Below, in pieces: positions 9,385 through 19,838 of a stretch of 24,000 nucleotides of DNA; the first letter of the stretch is position 1, and the number at the start of each line of letters is the position of its first letter. Origin of the DNA: Candidatus Methylacidithermus pantelleriae (GTDB lineage: Bacteria > Verrucomicrobiota > Verrucomicrobiia > Methylacidiphilales > Methylacidiphilaceae); NCBI RefSeq assembly GCF_905250085.1, contig NZ_CAJNOB010000001.1, positions 104,624-128,623 of the forward strand, read 5' to 3'. The notes beneath the pieces were generated by a model that was given only the letters and a program-made list of their open reading frames with translations, made no database searches and was not told where the DNA came from. The position numbers and the translations under genes are program-made.

Positions 9385-10218
9385 ATGCGGATCGCTTTTC
9401 TGGGTGACGTCGTCGGAGAGCCTGGCCGGCAAGCCGTCAAGGAAGCTATTGCCTGGCTTCGCGAGCAGTGGGACCCGGACTTCTTTGTAGTGAATGGGGA
9501 GAATGCTGCCGGAGGGAAAGGGATCACCCCGAGAATAGCCTACGAGCTCTTACGTTATGGCGCCGACGTCATCACGCTGGGAGATCATGCATGGGACCAA
9601 AGGGAAGTGATTCCCTTTTTTGCCGAGGAACCCCGGTTGATTCGGCCGCTCAATTATCCTCCGGGGACACCTGGTTCGGGCTTTGTGGTGGTCGAGGGAA
9701 ACGGGAAGAAACTTGCTGTGATCTCGGCGCAAGGGAGAACATTTATGGGGGTTCCCGTAGATAATCCTTTTATTTTGATCCGAGAAATTCTCCCGGAACT
9801 TCGTGCCCAAACCCCGTGTGTTCTCGTGGACTTTCACGCGGAAGCCACGTCCGAAAAGCTCGCCATGGGCTGGCATTTGGACGGGCTTGTCAGTGCGGTG
9901 GTCGGGACCCACACCCATGTCCAGACGGCCGATGACCGGGTTTTGCCCGGAGGCACGGCTTACATCACGGATGTGGGATTTTGCGGGGCTCATGATTCAG
10001 TCATTGGTCGAGAGAAACAATCCGTTATCCAGCGCTATCTTACTCTTTTGCCTACCCGGATGATCCTTGCTACCGAAGGGATCCAGGCCGACGGGGTTAT
10101 CCTGGTGATTGATGAAAAGACCGGCCGGGCGCAGAAAATTGAGCGCTTTCAGCTCCCGGTGGGGCTTCGAACGGTGGTTGGCTCCTCACTAGGAGCTTCC
10201 CAGAGCCCAGGAAATTGA
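9385..10218 (+). CDS. YmdB-family (TIGR00282-type) metallophosphoesterase
   Basis: MRIAFLGDVVGEPGRQAV...VVNGENAAGGKGIT...GDHAWDQ...DFHAEATSEKLAMGWHLDGLVSAVVGTHTHVQTADDRVLPGGTAYITDVGFCG; ORF begins at 9241 but ATG 9385 matches the family N-terminus. Confidence 0.93.
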   Translation: MRIAFLGDVVGEPGRQAVKEAIAWLREQWDPDFFVVNGENAAGGKGITPRIAYELLRYGADVITLGDHAWDQREVIPFFAEEPRLIRPLNYPPGTPGSGFVVVEGNGKKLAVISAQGRTFMGVPVDNPFILIREILPELRAQTPCVLVDFHAEATSEKLAMGWHLDGLVSAVVGTHTHVQTADDRVLPGGTAYITDVGFCGAHDSVIGREKQSVIQRYLTLLPTRMILATEGIQADGVILVIDEKTGRAQKIERFQLPVGLRTVVGSSLGASQSPGN

Positions 10219-10302
10219 GGGAAGCTTTTTGCTCCTTGGCAAGCTGCGGTTTCCGGGGGGCTTAGCAAGTTTTGGGGGGAGTGGCAGGAGGGTAACGCGA
10301 AG

Positions 10303-13300
10303 GTGTACTTAGAACGGATCCGGCTAGTGGGTTTTAAAAGCTTTGCGGACCCTACGGACGTGTGGCTACATCCGCGTCTGACCACCGTAGTGGGGCCCAA
10401 TGGCTGTGGAAAGAGTAACCTTTGCGAAGCCATTCGCTGGGTCTTAGGAGAACAGTCTTCCCGGGCGCTCCGGGGCCAGGAGATGGTGGATGTGATTTTC
10501 GGGGGAACGCGAAGAAGGCCCCCGCGGGCGATGGCCGAAGTAAGCTTGTTTTTCAAGGATTGTGAGGATGTTCTTGGGGAGGCTTATTCGGAACTGGTTC
10601 TGACCCGGCGGGTCTTCCGGGATGGAAAGGGACAGTACGAGATCAACCGGAAAGCCTGCCGGCTCCGGGACATCCAGTGGCTTTTCCTCAACTCGGGGCT
10701 AGGATCCCCCCACTATGCGTTTGTATCGCAGCAAGAGGTAGACAGGGTTCTTTTTTCCACTCCCCAGGAACGGAGGGAACTTTTGGAGGAGGCGGCCGGG
10801 ATTGCCCGTTACCGTTGGCAACGGGAGGATGCGGGCCGACGGCTTGAGGAAGTTCGAAAGGCGCTGGAACTTCTCGGCGAGCGGCTTTCTGAGCTTGCTT
10901 CCCAAGGGGAAGGACTTCGCCGCAAGGCTGAAAAAGCCAAGAAACGGCAGGCTCTGGAGGAAAGGATGCGGGCTCTGTCGGTCGCCTTGGCCCAGCGACT
11001 CTACTGGGATCGCCAGTCCCGGAGGCGTGCCCTCAAAGAGCGATGGCTGGAACTCCAACGAGAGGAGGAGAGACTTTTTGCCGAGGAAACCGCCTGCCAG
11101 ACCCAGTTGCGGGAACTTGGGCGGAAGCGGGAGCTTTTGCGGCAAGAGCGGGAGAGGGTTTTCCAGGATCTTCAAGAGCTCCGGGATCGGGAGGAGGAAA
11201 CCAAACGCAAGCGAAGCGAGCTAGAAAGAACCCTGGGGGAACTTCGCCAGGCCGAGGCAAGGCTAACCGAAAGGGAAAGCCAGCTCTACCGACTCCAGGA
11301 CGAGATTCGGCAGGAGCTTCTTTCCCTGGAGGAAAGGGAAAGGAAAGCCCTGGAAAAGGCAGCCGCCGTCGGAAAGCTCCCAACGGAGCTTTCCATGGAG
11401 CTGGCCTCCATCGAGCGCATCCTTGAGGAGGTGGAAGTGGAGGGAGCGGAGCTTACGCGGTTGGTCGATTGGGTGGAGGAGGAGGAACGGGTGGGGATCC
11501 AGGCGCTGGCGCGAAAGGAAGCTCACCTCGAAAAGCTCATTTTTATGGGAAAGCAATGGGACGAAAAGCGTGTGCTCCTAGAAACACGCGCTGGGGAGCT
11601 TCTGAGCCAAGAGAAAACGATCCAGGAGCTTCAGGAGAAACTCGCGAAGGAAGCGGAGTTGATCCAGAGGGAACTCAAAGCCTGGGAGAAGGAAAAGGAA
11701 GTTCTTTCGGCACGGCTTGCCCAACTCCGTGAGGAAGAAAAAGCCTTGCTCCAAGCTCAAGCGGAGCTTGACGCGCGCCAAAAGAAGGTTGCCGTGGGAA
11801 GTCCCGCGCTGCCGCAGAATCGTGGTGGCTTGCCGCCGGCAGCTTTCGGACAATGCTTTTTGGGACAAGTGTGGCAGGGGCTTGAAACGACTGTCGGTTA
11901 CGAGCGGGCGATTTATTCTCTTTTAGGCTCGTGGGCGCATGCCTGGGTTGTCCGGCAGGCCGATTGCCTCCGGGAGATTGCCTCTAGCCCCGAACGTTCC
12001 GAAGACCTTCTTTTGGGCCCATGGGTGACTTTCGATCGGGAGCATCCGGTGGAGGTACGCGACGGAAGGGAAGCAGGTTCTTTTGTGCGTTGGAAGGAAG
12101 GATGGGAAGGGCTTTCCTACCTTTTGGCCAATGCGTTTGTCGCCAAGGATTGGGAGGACGTCTTCCAGATCCAGGCACAGTTTTCGGGGGCTCGGATCGC
12201 TACCCTGGACGGGTGGGTCTGGGAAGACGGAGGTCGTCGCCTTCGGAGGGTAACGGCGGAAAACCCCTGGGGGATGGAAAAGGAAAGAGAGGAGCTTAAG
12301 CAAACGCAGGAAAAAATCCAGAGGGAGCAAGCGCAAAACCAGGAGCTTTTGGGACGGGTCCAAAGGGAGTTAGAGGACTTGGAATCGGCGATAGCGGGCC
12401 TTCGGTCCAGATTGGCAGAGATAGGTTCGGAAGGAAAAAGACTTTTGGATCGGCTGGAAGAGCTGAGCGGGGAACGGGAGCGCGTGGAAGAGGAAATTGT
12501 TTCCTTGCGCCAGAAAGAAGACCAACTGCGGAGGGAAAAAGAGGCCTCCGAGCAAACTCTCTTTTTTCTCCAAGGGGAGCTTGGACCACTGAGCTCCCTC
12601 CGGGGGGCGCTGAAACAATGGCAAGCCCGCTGGACGAAAACCAGGGAGGAGCTTATGGGCCGAAACGCAGAGGAACGCCAGAAGCGGCAACGGGAGCTCT
12701 GGGAGCGTGCTTTCTGGGAGGAAGAGTTAGGTCGCCTGCAGGACCAAAAAAGGGGGCTTTTGCAGCGTCTGGAGGGAGTTGAAAAGGCACTGGAAGAGCT
12801 AGCAGGGGAAAAAGCGCGTGTGGGTAGAAGTCTCGAAACGTCCCAAGGCGAATGGGAAAGTTGGGTGCAAGCGTTGGAGAGGGAGCTTGTGGAGCGGCGG
12901 GAGAAGGAAAAAAAGGCCAAAGAATATGAGGAGCTCGAGCAAACCCTTTGGAAAGAAGAGGAGTCCTGCCGCACGCGGTGGGAGGAATGCGAGAGACAGC
13001 GCGAGGAGCGAGGAAAGCTTCGGCACGAGCTAGATCTTGAGATGGCCAGGCAGGAAGTGTTCCTCGCGCAACTGGAAGAAGAAATCGTTAGCAAGGGCGG
13101 GAGCTTGCCCGGCGAGGCCCCCCCAGACGGGTTAGCGGCCCGTCCCGAAGCGGAACTCCAAGCGGAGCTGGTAACGGTTCGGGACCAATGGCAACGGCTG
13201 GGACCGGCCGATCCGGAGGCCGTCGAGGAACTCCAGAAGTGGGAGGAGCGCGTACGGCTTTTGGAAAGCCAAAAGGACGATCTTGTAGAAGCGCAACGGC

Positions 13301-13818
13301 TGATCGATGAGGGACTTGCCCAGATGGACCAGGAAGCCCGGAAACGGTTACAGGATACCGTGGAAGCGGCCGCAAGGGAGTTCGAAACACTCTGTAGGCG
13401 TCTGCTGGGGGGTGGTGACGCGCGGATTGAGCTTGTAGGAAGCGAGGATCCGCTAGAGGCGGGGATCGAGATTGTTGTCTCTCCGCCGGGCAAACGGCTT
13501 CGGAGTCTTTCCCTTCTTTCTGGAGGGGAACGGGCATTGGCGAGTCTTGCCTTTCTTTTTGGCCTTTCCCGCGTGCGGCCCAGTCCGGTCTGCGTCCTGG
13601 ATGAAGTGGATGCTTCGCTCGACGATGCCAATGTGGAGCGTTTTGTTTGTCTTCTTCAGGAACTTTCTTCCCAGAGCCAGCTTCTCGTCATTACCCATCA
13701 CCCCAAGTCGGTAGCCTGTGCGGACGCAGTGGTGGGGGTAACGATGGAGGAGCCCGGGGTATCCAAGCTCATCCGACTCTCCTGGGAGCCTTTGTGCGGA
13801 GAGGGGACGGGAGGATAA
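10303..13818 (+). CDS. smc: Chromosome segregation protein SMC (1171 aa, GTG start)
   Basis: GTG TAC TTA (M)YLERIRLVGFKSFADP; Walker A VGPNGCGKSNLCEAIRWVLGEQ; long coiled coils; ABC signature LSLLSGGERALASLAFLFGL; Walker B VCVLDEVDASLDDANVERFV. Confidence 0.97.
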   Translation: MYLERIRLVGFKSFADPTDVWLHPRLTTVVGPNGCGKSNLCEAIRWVLGEQSSRALRGQEMVDVIFGGTRRRPPRAMAEVSLFFKDCEDVLGEAYSELVLTRRVFRDGKGQYEINRKACRLRDIQWLFLNSGLGSPHYAFVSQQEVDRVLFSTPQERRELLEEAAGIARYRWQREDAGRRLEEVRKALELLGERLSELASQGEGLRRKAEKAKKRQALEERMRALSVALAQRLYWDRQSRRRALKERWLELQREEERLFAEETACQTQLRELGRKRELLRQERERVFQDLQELRDREEETKRKRSELERTLGELRQAEARLTERESQLYRLQDEIRQELLSLEERERKALEKAAAVGKLPTELSMELASIERILEEVEVEGAELTRLVDWVEEEERVGIQALARKEAHLEKLIFMGKQWDEKRVLLETRAGELLSQEKTIQELQEKLAKEAELIQRELKAWEKEKEVLSARLAQLREEEKALLQAQAELDARQKKVAVGSPALPQNRGGLPPAAFGQCFLGQVWQGLETTVGYERAIYSLLGSWAHAWVVRQADCLREIASSPERSEDLLLGPWVTFDREHPVEVRDGREAGSFVRWKEGWEGLSYLLANAFVAKDWEDVFQIQAQFSGARIATLDGWVWEDGGRRLRRVTAENPWGMEKEREELKQTQEKIQREQAQNQELLGRVQRELEDLESAIAGLRSRLAEIGSEGKRLLDRLEELSGERERVEEEIVSLRQKEDQLRREKEASEQTLFFLQGELGPLSSLRGALKQWQARWTKTREELMGRNAEERQKRQRELWERAFWEEELGRLQDQKRGLLQRLEGVEKALEELAGEKARVGRSLETSQGEWESWVQALERELVERREKEKKAKEYEELEQTLWKEEESCRTRWEECERQREERGKLRHELDLEMARQEVFLAQLEEEIVSKGGSLPGEAPPDGLAARPEAELQAELVTVRDQWQRLGPADPEAVEELQKWEERVRLLESQKDDLVEAQRLIDEGLAQMDQEARKRLQDTVEAAAREFETLCRRLLGGGDARIELVGSEDPLEAGIEIVVSPPGKRLRSLSLLSGGERALASLAFLFGLSRVRPSPVCVLDEVDASLDDANVERFVCLLQELSSQSQLLVITHHPKSVACADAVVGVTMEEPGVSKLIRLSWEPLCGEGTGG

Positions 13819-13874
13819 AGGGGGGTTTTTTAGCAAAAAAAGAGAATCGACACGCACGAAAGAGGACAAAAACC

Positions 13875-14741
13875 ATGGAAGAAATCGGGCGTCTCATGTA
13901 CACGGCGACCAACGTGGCCAAGGCGGCGGGGAAATTCTTGCGGCAATCCTTTGGAACGGCGGTGGACTGGACGGAGACCTCGGCGCATGATGTCAAGGTA
14001 CGTACGGACGTCGTCACGCAGGAGCTCATCGTAAGGGGGATTCTCAAGGAATATCCCGACCACCGGATTTTGGGGGAGGAAGGAATGGCGGGGGATCCCG
14101 ACGGAGAGATCGAGTGGGTGGTGGATCCTTTAGATGGGACGCTCAACTTCGCGTATGGGATTCCGCATTTTGCCGTGTCAATTGCCGCCCGGGTGACTTC
14201 CGGGCGATTCCTTTTGGGGGTGGTGTATGACCCGATCCGGGAGGAGATGTTCACCGTGATGGAAGGATCGGAGGCTTTCTTAAACGGGGAGGCGATTCAC
14301 GCAAGCAGGCGCCAAGGCTTAGAGGAGGCTGTCTGCATTGTGGGATTTGCGCGCAGCCCGGAAGGAATGAAAAAGGGACTGGAGTGGCTCCACTACTACG
14401 CTCCGCGGGTACGGAAGATCCGCCTGACCGGCTCGGCAGCGCTGGATCTTGCTTACGTGGCGGCTGGTCGCGTGGATGCCTACCTAGAGGCCGAAATCCG
14501 GCTGTGGGATATTGCGGCCGGAAGCCAGCTCGTCCTTGCGGCCGGGGGGAAACTTCGGCTGCTGCCGCTGGATTGGGAAAAACACCTTTTTTCGGTTGAG
14601 GCAACCAATGGAGCCATCCCTTTCCCCAAAGGCCCGATAGCCAACCAAGGGGAAACGGCACCGGTTGACCTAGGCAGGGGAAGGACGGCAGGCCAGATCC
14701 TCGGAAGTCTCCTTGCGAGTCCAAAGAGCAAGGATCGCTAG
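13875..14741 (+). CDS. Inositol monophosphatase family protein (SuhB-like)
   Basis: ORF 13647..14741; ATG 13875 ([22 protein letters not shown]). Motifs [58 protein letters not shown]. Confidence 0.93.
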   Translation: MEEIGRLMYTATNVAKAAGKFLRQSFGTAVDWTETSAHDVKVRTDVVTQELIVRGILKEYPDHRILGEEGMAGDPDGEIEWVVDPLDGTLNFAYGIPHFAVSIAARVTSGRFLLGVVYDPIREEMFTVMEGSEAFLNGEAIHASRRQGLEEAVCIVGFARSPEGMKKGLEWLHYYAPRVRKIRLTGSAALDLAYVAAGRVDAYLEAEIRLWDIAAGSQLVLAAGGKLRLLPLDWEKHLFSVEATNGAIPFPKGPIANQGETAPVDLGRGRTAGQILGSLLASPKSKDR

Positions 14742-16547
14742 ATCCGTTGGGTTAACCCCAGGGATCCGGGCCGCCTGACCGAGGGTTAAAGGACGGATGG
14801 TTTTTAGCTTCTGGCGGGCTTCCGTTTTCAGCCCGGGGATGCGATCAAAGTCAAGATCCGCCGGCAAGGGTCTTTCCTCCCAGGCACGGAGTCGTTCTAC
14901 CTGTTGTCGTTCCCTCTCCACGTACCCTTCGTATTTGATTTCTAGCTCCAGGGTGGTCACCACATCCTTGGGGCACCGTTGCCACTCGGCGGGAAGGTTG
15001 TGCCAGGAGAAATCCGGCCGGCGCAACCAGAGAGCCCAGGGCTGGCCCTGCCACCGCTCCTCCCAAAGTCGCCGGCGCAGGCTTTGCAGGAGTTCTTGCT
15101 TGGCTCGAACCCGCTCGAAACGCTCCCGGCTTGCCAAGCCCCATTGGTAGGCTAGGGGGGTCAGACGGAGGTCGGCGTTGTCCTGCCGGAGAGAAAGTCG
15201 AAACTCGGCCCGTGAGGTAAACATCCGGTAGGGTTCATCGGTCCCACAGGTGACAAGATCATCCACCAAAACTCCGATGTAGGCCTCGTCCCGGCGCAGG
15301 GTGACCAGGGGGAGGTTCTGCGCTTTGCGGGCAGCATTGATCCCCGCCAGAATCCCTTGAGCGGCGGCCTCCTCGTAGCCGGAGGTCCCGTTGATCTGGC
15401 CGGCAAAAAAGAGCCCTTCGATCCGTTTCGATTCTAGGGTGGGGTAGAGCTGGGTAGGGGGACAATAATCGTACTCGACCGCATAGCCGGGACGAAGGAT
15501 ATGGGCGTGCTCCAGTCCCGGAATCGTATGGAGAAACTCCTCTTGAACGTCGAGCGGAAGACTGGTGGAGCAGCCATTGACATAGTATTCCTCCGTGTGC
15601 CGTCCTTCAGGCTCAAGATAAACGATGTGACGATCCTTGCCCGCAAAGCGAACCACCTTGTCCTCAATGGAGGGACAGTACCGTGGACCGATCCCTTCGA
15701 TCCGCCCGCTGTAGAGAGGTGACTGGTGAAGGTTGCGCCGGATCACCTCGTGGGTTTCCGGGGTGGTATAGGTGATCCAGCAGGGCAATTGTTCCACGTG
15801 GAACATTCCCTCACGCCATTCGTTGAGGGTGAAAATCTCATTGGGCCCTTTTCGAAGCGTATCCACAAGATAGGAGAAGGGCTGCGGTGGCTCATCCCCC
15901 GGCTGCGCTACCACTCGGCTCCAATCAATACTTCGCGCATGAATCCTTGGAGGGGTTCCCGTCTTAAATCTCCCCACTTCGAAGCCCAGCTCGCGCAGGT
16001 GCTCGGAAAAGCCGCTCCCTTTCTCCCCCATTCTTCCCCCCGTCCCTTGCCGCATGCCCACATGGAGAAGCCCTCGCAGAAACGTTCCCGTCGTAATCAC
16101 CACCGACTTTGCCCGAAAGACTCCTCCCCAGTTTAGGCACACGCCCACCACCCGATCGCCTTGGAGGCAGAGCCTTTCCACCTCCCCCTGGATCAAATCC
16201 AGATTGGGCTGCCGCTCGCACATCGCCTTCATCCGGAACTGGTAGGCCTTTTTATCGCATTGGACCCTGGGGGCTTGAACACTGGGACCCTTGCGGGTGT
16301 TGAGCATCCGAAACTGGATACCGGTAGCATCCGCGTTGAGGCCCATCTCTCCTCCCAGGGCGTCAATCTCCCGCACCAGATGCCCCTTGCCAATCCCGCC
16401 GATGGCCGGGTTGCAGGACATCTGAGCCAGGGTGTCCAGATGTAAGGTCACCAGAACTACCCGGCACCCCATCCGCGCAGCCGCCAGAGCCGCTTCCACC
16501 CCCGCATGCCCCCCTCCGATCACAACCACATCGTATTCCTTGTCCAT
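14670..16547 (-). CDS. mnmG: tRNA uridine-5-carboxymethylaminomethyl(34) synthesis enzyme MnmG (GidA)
   Basis: [28 protein letters not shown]...[25 protein letters not shown]...GTFLRG, C-terminus [22 protein letters not shown] open from 16631; start M at 16547. Confidence 0.97.
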   Translation of the reverse strand: MDKEYDVVVIGGGHAGVEAALAAARMGCRVVLVTLHLDTLAQMSCNPAIGGIGKGHLVREIDALGGEMGLNADATGIQFRMLNTRKGPSVQAPRVQCDKKAYQFRMKAMCERQPNLDLIQGEVERLCLQGDRVVGVCLNWGGVFRAKSVVITTGTFLRGLLHVGMRQGTGGRMGEKGSGFSEHLRELGFEVGRFKTGTPPRIHARSIDWSRVVAQPGDEPPQPFSYLVDTLRKGPNEIFTLNEWREGMFHVEQLPCWITYTTPETHEVIRRNLHQSPLYSGRIEGIGPRYCPSIEDKVVRFAGKDRHIVYLEPEGRHTEEYYVNGCSTSLPLDVQEEFLHTIPGLEHAHILRPGYAVEYDYCPPTQLYPTLESKRIEGLFFAGQINGTSGYEEAAAQGILAGINAARKAQNLPLVTLRRDEAYIGVLVDDLVTCGTDEPYRMFTSRAEFRLSLRQDNADLRLTPLAYQWGLASRERFERVRAKQELLQSLRRRLWEERWQGQPWALWLRRPDFSWHNLPAEWQRCPKDVVTTLELEIKYEGYVERERQQVERLRAWEERPLPADLDFDRIPGLKTEARQKLKTIRPLTLGQAARIPGVNPTDLAILALWTRKETSEDLACRPSPA

Positions 16548-16584
16548 ATTCTCCCTTTGTCTCCCCAGCTTTGGCCTAGAGTTT

Positions 16585-16616
16585 TGTGAATAACCCTCTG
16601 GATAACTTGTCGATAG
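16585..16616 (-). promoter_or_regulatory. Three tandem near-consensus DnaA-box-like 9-mers
   Basis: + strand: TGTGaATAA (16585-16593), TcTGGATAA (16597-16605), TGTcGATAg (16608-16616); compare reverse-complement DnaA box TGTGGATAA, spaced 12 and 11 nt. Confidence 0.5.
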
Positions 16617-16658
16617 CTTCCCCTTTGCCAAGGCCCCCTTCGCCCTATTCTATCGGAT

Positions 16659-18080
16659 ATGACACGAACTCCTCGCTCCCGAGCCTCCTCTCCTCCGCAA
16701 CCGGTCTCTTCCCTTTATAGCGCCGACGCGGAACGAGCCGTTCTCGGTGCCATGATCGCCCACCCCGAAACGACTCTCGATCTCGCCATGGAACGGCTCG
16801 CCCACGAGGATTTTTTTGTTCCCGCTCATCAGGAGCTTTTCCAATTGCTCCGGGACATGCACCTTCGACACCAACCCATCGATGTCGTTACGGTCCACCA
16901 AAACCTTCTCGACCGCGGACGCGCCCAAGCCCTGGGAAGCCCCGCCATCCTGGCCGAGCTCTGCTCGAGTTTTCCCACCCATCTCAACGTCAGCTCCTAT
17001 ATCCAGATCGTCAAGGATAAGAGTCTTCTTCGCCGACTCCATGAAGCCTGCAGCCGCATCGCCGACTCGATCCTCTCCGAACCCCAGCCGGTGGCCCACG
17101 TCCTCGACCAGGCCGAAGAGGCCATCTTCCGCGTCACCGGTATGGCCCTCACCCAAAATATCGTTCCGGGAGCCAAGGAAATTGCCCGAGCCATCCAGCT
17201 GGTCGATGCCTTCCGCAAGCGCAAAGGTCATCTCTTTGGCATCCCCACCGGCTTCTACCAGCTCGACCAGCTGACCACCGGCTGGCAGAAAGGAGACATG
17301 ATTGTGCTAGCGGCCCGCCCCGGGGTCGGGAAAACCGCTCTGGCCCTCACTTTTGCCCGCCACGCGCTTTCCGAGCGGTATGATCCCCAACAGGACGCCT
17401 GGGTCAAACCCGGCCACGCCGTGGGCCTTTTCAGTCTTGAGATGACCAACGCCCAGCTCATGCTCCGGCTGCTCGCTTCCGTAGCCAGCGAAAGCCTTCA
17501 GCGCATCCGGCGCGGAGAAGTCGATGATTTCCAAATGCAAAAGCTGGCCCAGATTGCGGAAGATATCAAAACCTGGCCCCTCTATCTCGATGACTCCAGC
17601 GATCTGACCATCCACCAGCTACGCGCGAAAGCCCGCCGCATGAAGCAGCAGTACGGGATCGAACTCCTCATTATCGACTATCTCCAGCTTCTCCATTCCG
17701 ACTCTCCCCAAGCCCGGGAGAACCGCCAGGTCGAAATTGCCGAAATCTCCCGCGGCATTAAGGCGCTGGCGAAAGAGCTTAACCTTCCCATTATCGTCCT
17801 GGCACAGCTCAACCGCCGGCCTGACGAGGGGCGTTGCGAACCCGCACTCCATCACCTACGGGAATCAGGGGCGATCGAGCAAGACGCCGACGTGGTTCTC
17901 CTCCTCCATCGACTTGACTCCGATGCAGAGGAAGAAAGCGATTCCTCCCCTTCCTCCCAGCTCATTCCCTACTCCCTCCACATCGCCAAACAGCGAAACG
18001 GGCCTACCGAAAAAATGGAAATCCGGTTTAATCCTGCCTACACGCGTTTTGAGGACCCGCTACGCCACCCCACCCGCTAG
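16659..18080 (+). CDS. dnaB: Replicative DNA helicase DnaB
   Basis: SADAERAVLGAMI...GIPTGFYQLDQLTTGWQKGDMIVLAARPGVGKTALALTFA...GLFSLEM...ELLIIDYLQLL...EISRGIKALAKELNLPIIVLAQLNR...DLRESGAIEQDAD-like (HLRESGAIEQDADVVLLLHR). Confidence 0.97.
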   Translation: MTRTPRSRASSPPQPVSSLYSADAERAVLGAMIAHPETTLDLAMERLAHEDFFVPAHQELFQLLRDMHLRHQPIDVVTVHQNLLDRGRAQALGSPAILAELCSSFPTHLNVSSYIQIVKDKSLLRRLHEACSRIADSILSEPQPVAHVLDQAEEAIFRVTGMALTQNIVPGAKEIARAIQLVDAFRKRKGHLFGIPTGFYQLDQLTTGWQKGDMIVLAARPGVGKTALALTFARHALSERYDPQQDAWVKPGHAVGLFSLEMTNAQLMLRLLASVASESLQRIRRGEVDDFQMQKLAQIAEDIKTWPLYLDDSSDLTIHQLRAKARRMKQQYGIELLIIDYLQLLHSDSPQARENRQVEIAEISRGIKALAKELNLPIIVLAQLNRRPDEGRCEPALHHLRESGAIEQDADVVLLLHRLDSDAEEESDSSPSSQLIPYSLHIAKQRNGPTEKMEIRFNPAYTRFEDPLRHPTR

Positions 18081-18099
18081 GAAGTATTCCCAGTTTTGT

Positions 18100-18873
18100 T
18101 CACAGGAAAACCTCCAGGGGACTCGTCGGCACCGCTTGCTTTTCGGGCTTCCTCAGACCGATTTCAAAGGCTCTTCGCCCGGCTTCCACCGCCATCCGGA
18201 ACGCCCAAGCCATCCCTACCGGGTCGGGGGAGGCCGCAATCGCCGTATTGACCAGCACCGCACTTGCCCCCATCTCCATCGCCTCCGCCGCGTGCGAGGG
18301 AGCCCCGAGTCCCGCGTCGATAATGACCGGGACGGTCGCCTGTTCCAGAATGACTTCTAGCATCGCCCGGGTTTCCAGCCCCCTCCGGGAGCCAATCGGC
18401 GCTCCCAAAGGCATTACCGCTGCCACCCCGACTTCCTCCAGTCTTTTGGCCAGGACCGGATCGGCATGGATGTAGGGCAAGACAATAAACCCCTCCCGCA
18501 CAAGGATCCGGGCCGCTTCCAGCGTCTCTACGGGATCGGGAAGCAAATAATGAGGATCCGGATGGATTTCGAGCTTCACCCACCGGGGCAACCCGGCACT
18601 GGCCGCCAGCCGCGCCAGTCGCACCGCCTCCCCGGCGTCCCGGGCTCCGCTCGTATTGGGGACTACCCAGTACCGGTTCCGGTCAATATAGTCCAAAAGA
18701 TCCGGATGCCGGTTCTCTTCCCCCGTAAGTTCCACTCGTCGCAAGGCAACCGTCACCAAATGGGCACCACTGGCCTCCAAGGCCTCCACCATTCGCTTCG
18801 GGGACGCAAATTTTCCAGTCCCCATGAAAAGCCGGGAAGACAGTCGCTTCCCCCCCAGTTCCCATTCACTCAT
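18100..18873 (-). CDS. thiG: Thiazole synthase ThiG
   Basis: [37 protein letters not shown]...[20 protein letters not shown]...[16 protein letters not shown]...[15 protein letters not shown]...[35 protein letters not shown] (ThiG hallmark). Confidence 0.96.
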   Translation of the reverse strand: MSEWELGGKRLSSRLFMGTGKFASPKRMVEALEASGAHLVTVALRRVELTGEENRHPDLLDYIDRNRYWVVPNTSGARDAGEAVRLARLAASAGLPRWVKLEIHPDPHYLLPDPVETLEAARILVREGFIVLPYIHADPVLAKRLEEVGVAAVMPLGAPIGSRRGLETRAMLEVILEQATVPVIIDAGLGAPSHAAEAMEMGASAVLVNTAIAASPDPVGMAWAFRMAVEAGRRAFEIGLRKPEKQAVPTSPLEVFL

Positions 18874-19723
18874 GGCTTTCCCCTTCCCACCACCGGAGCT
18901 CGCACGGATCTACCCATCCTCGCCGCTGCCCCTCGCCAAGGAATCTTTCTACTGCTTGCCTTCCCTCTCTTCCACAATCCCACGTCCGGTCGTTAACATA
19001 CATCCCCACAAACCGCGCTAGCCGCTCCCGATCCAATCCCCTTCCAAACCGAGCCGCATAGGCCAAGGCCTCCTCTCCGTGGTTCCGGGCATAGCCAAGA
19101 CTCTCCCGCAACCATCCCACCACCCGCCTTTTTAGTTCGGGATCCAGCGAGCGCCGGATCACATTGCCTCCCAGAGGCAAGGGGAGCCGCCGAGTCTCCC
19201 ACCACCATCGCCCCAGGTCCACACAACTGCAAAGGCCCAATTCCTGGAAGCGTAACTGCCCCTCGTGAATGATCACACCCGCATCCCCTTTTCCCTCAGC
19301 TACCCAATCGAGTAACTCTTCAAACGGTACCTCCTCCCAGCGCAGTTCCTCAAGCGAGCGTTCCAGGTAGAGTTGCAGTGCCAGCGTAGCACTTGTCCAT
19401 CGGCCCGGCAGGCCCAGCTTCGCTCTTCGCAGCTCCTCCCTTCCCAGCGGCCTCCGCGCCACCACCACAGGCCCGTACCCTTCGCCCATGCTTGCCCCGA
19501 TGGGCAGAAGCTCATAGAGGTGCCCAACCCTAGGATAAGCATGAAACGACAGGGCCGTGACATCCAGTTCTCCCCGAAAGGCCCGCTCGTTTAATTCTTC
19601 AATCCCTTCAGCGATTTCCCGAATCCGATAGGGTGTCGTGTCTACCTTTCCTTGAAGAAGAGCATAGAACAAAAAAGCGTCATCGGCATCCGGCGAATGA
19701 CCCAAGACCAATTCCTTCGGCAT
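18866..19723 (-). CDS. MqnD-like menaquinone (futalosine pathway) biosynthesis protein
   Basis: ORF 18866..19780, likely start M at 19723: [29 protein letters not shown]...[21 protein letters not shown]...[18 protein letters not shown]. Stop overlaps the thiG start by 8 nt. Confidence 0.82.
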   Translation of the reverse strand: MPKELVLGHSPDADDAFLFYALLQGKVDTTPYRIREIAEGIEELNERAFRGELDVTALSFHAYPRVGHLYELLPIGASMGEGYGPVVVARRPLGREELRRAKLGLPGRWTSATLALQLYLERSLEELRWEEVPFEELLDWVAEGKGDAGVIIHEGQLRFQELGLCSCVDLGRWWWETRRLPLPLGGNVIRRSLDPELKRRVVGWLRESLGYARNHGEEALAYAARFGRGLDRERLARFVGMYVNDRTWDCGREGRQAVERFLGEGQRRGWVDPCELRWWEGESHE

Positions 19724-19838
19724 CGGCTCCTTCCTCTTCCGTGTTGTCCAAAACCCGTCTCCTTTCTTCCCTCTTGCCAAGGGGAAGGATGGAGTGTAAA
19801 GGAAAACCCGCTACCCCCAAAACTCTCACGTTTTTTCC

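Noticed and set aside
12117-13631. 504-aa minus-strand ORF antisense to smc
   Set aside because: Ser/Arg-rich low-complexity translation, the mirror image of Glu/Arg-rich coiled-coil codons in a high-GC gene; smc on the other strand is unambiguous.
16650-17231. 193-aa minus-strand ORF antisense to dnaB
   Set aside because: Shadow ORF in a high-GC coding region; dnaB motifs are intact on the + strand.
18980-19005. dif-like string GTTAACATACAT considered as a XerCD site
   Set aside because: Only a short partial match to a half-site, no second arm, and it lies in mqnD-like coding sequence.
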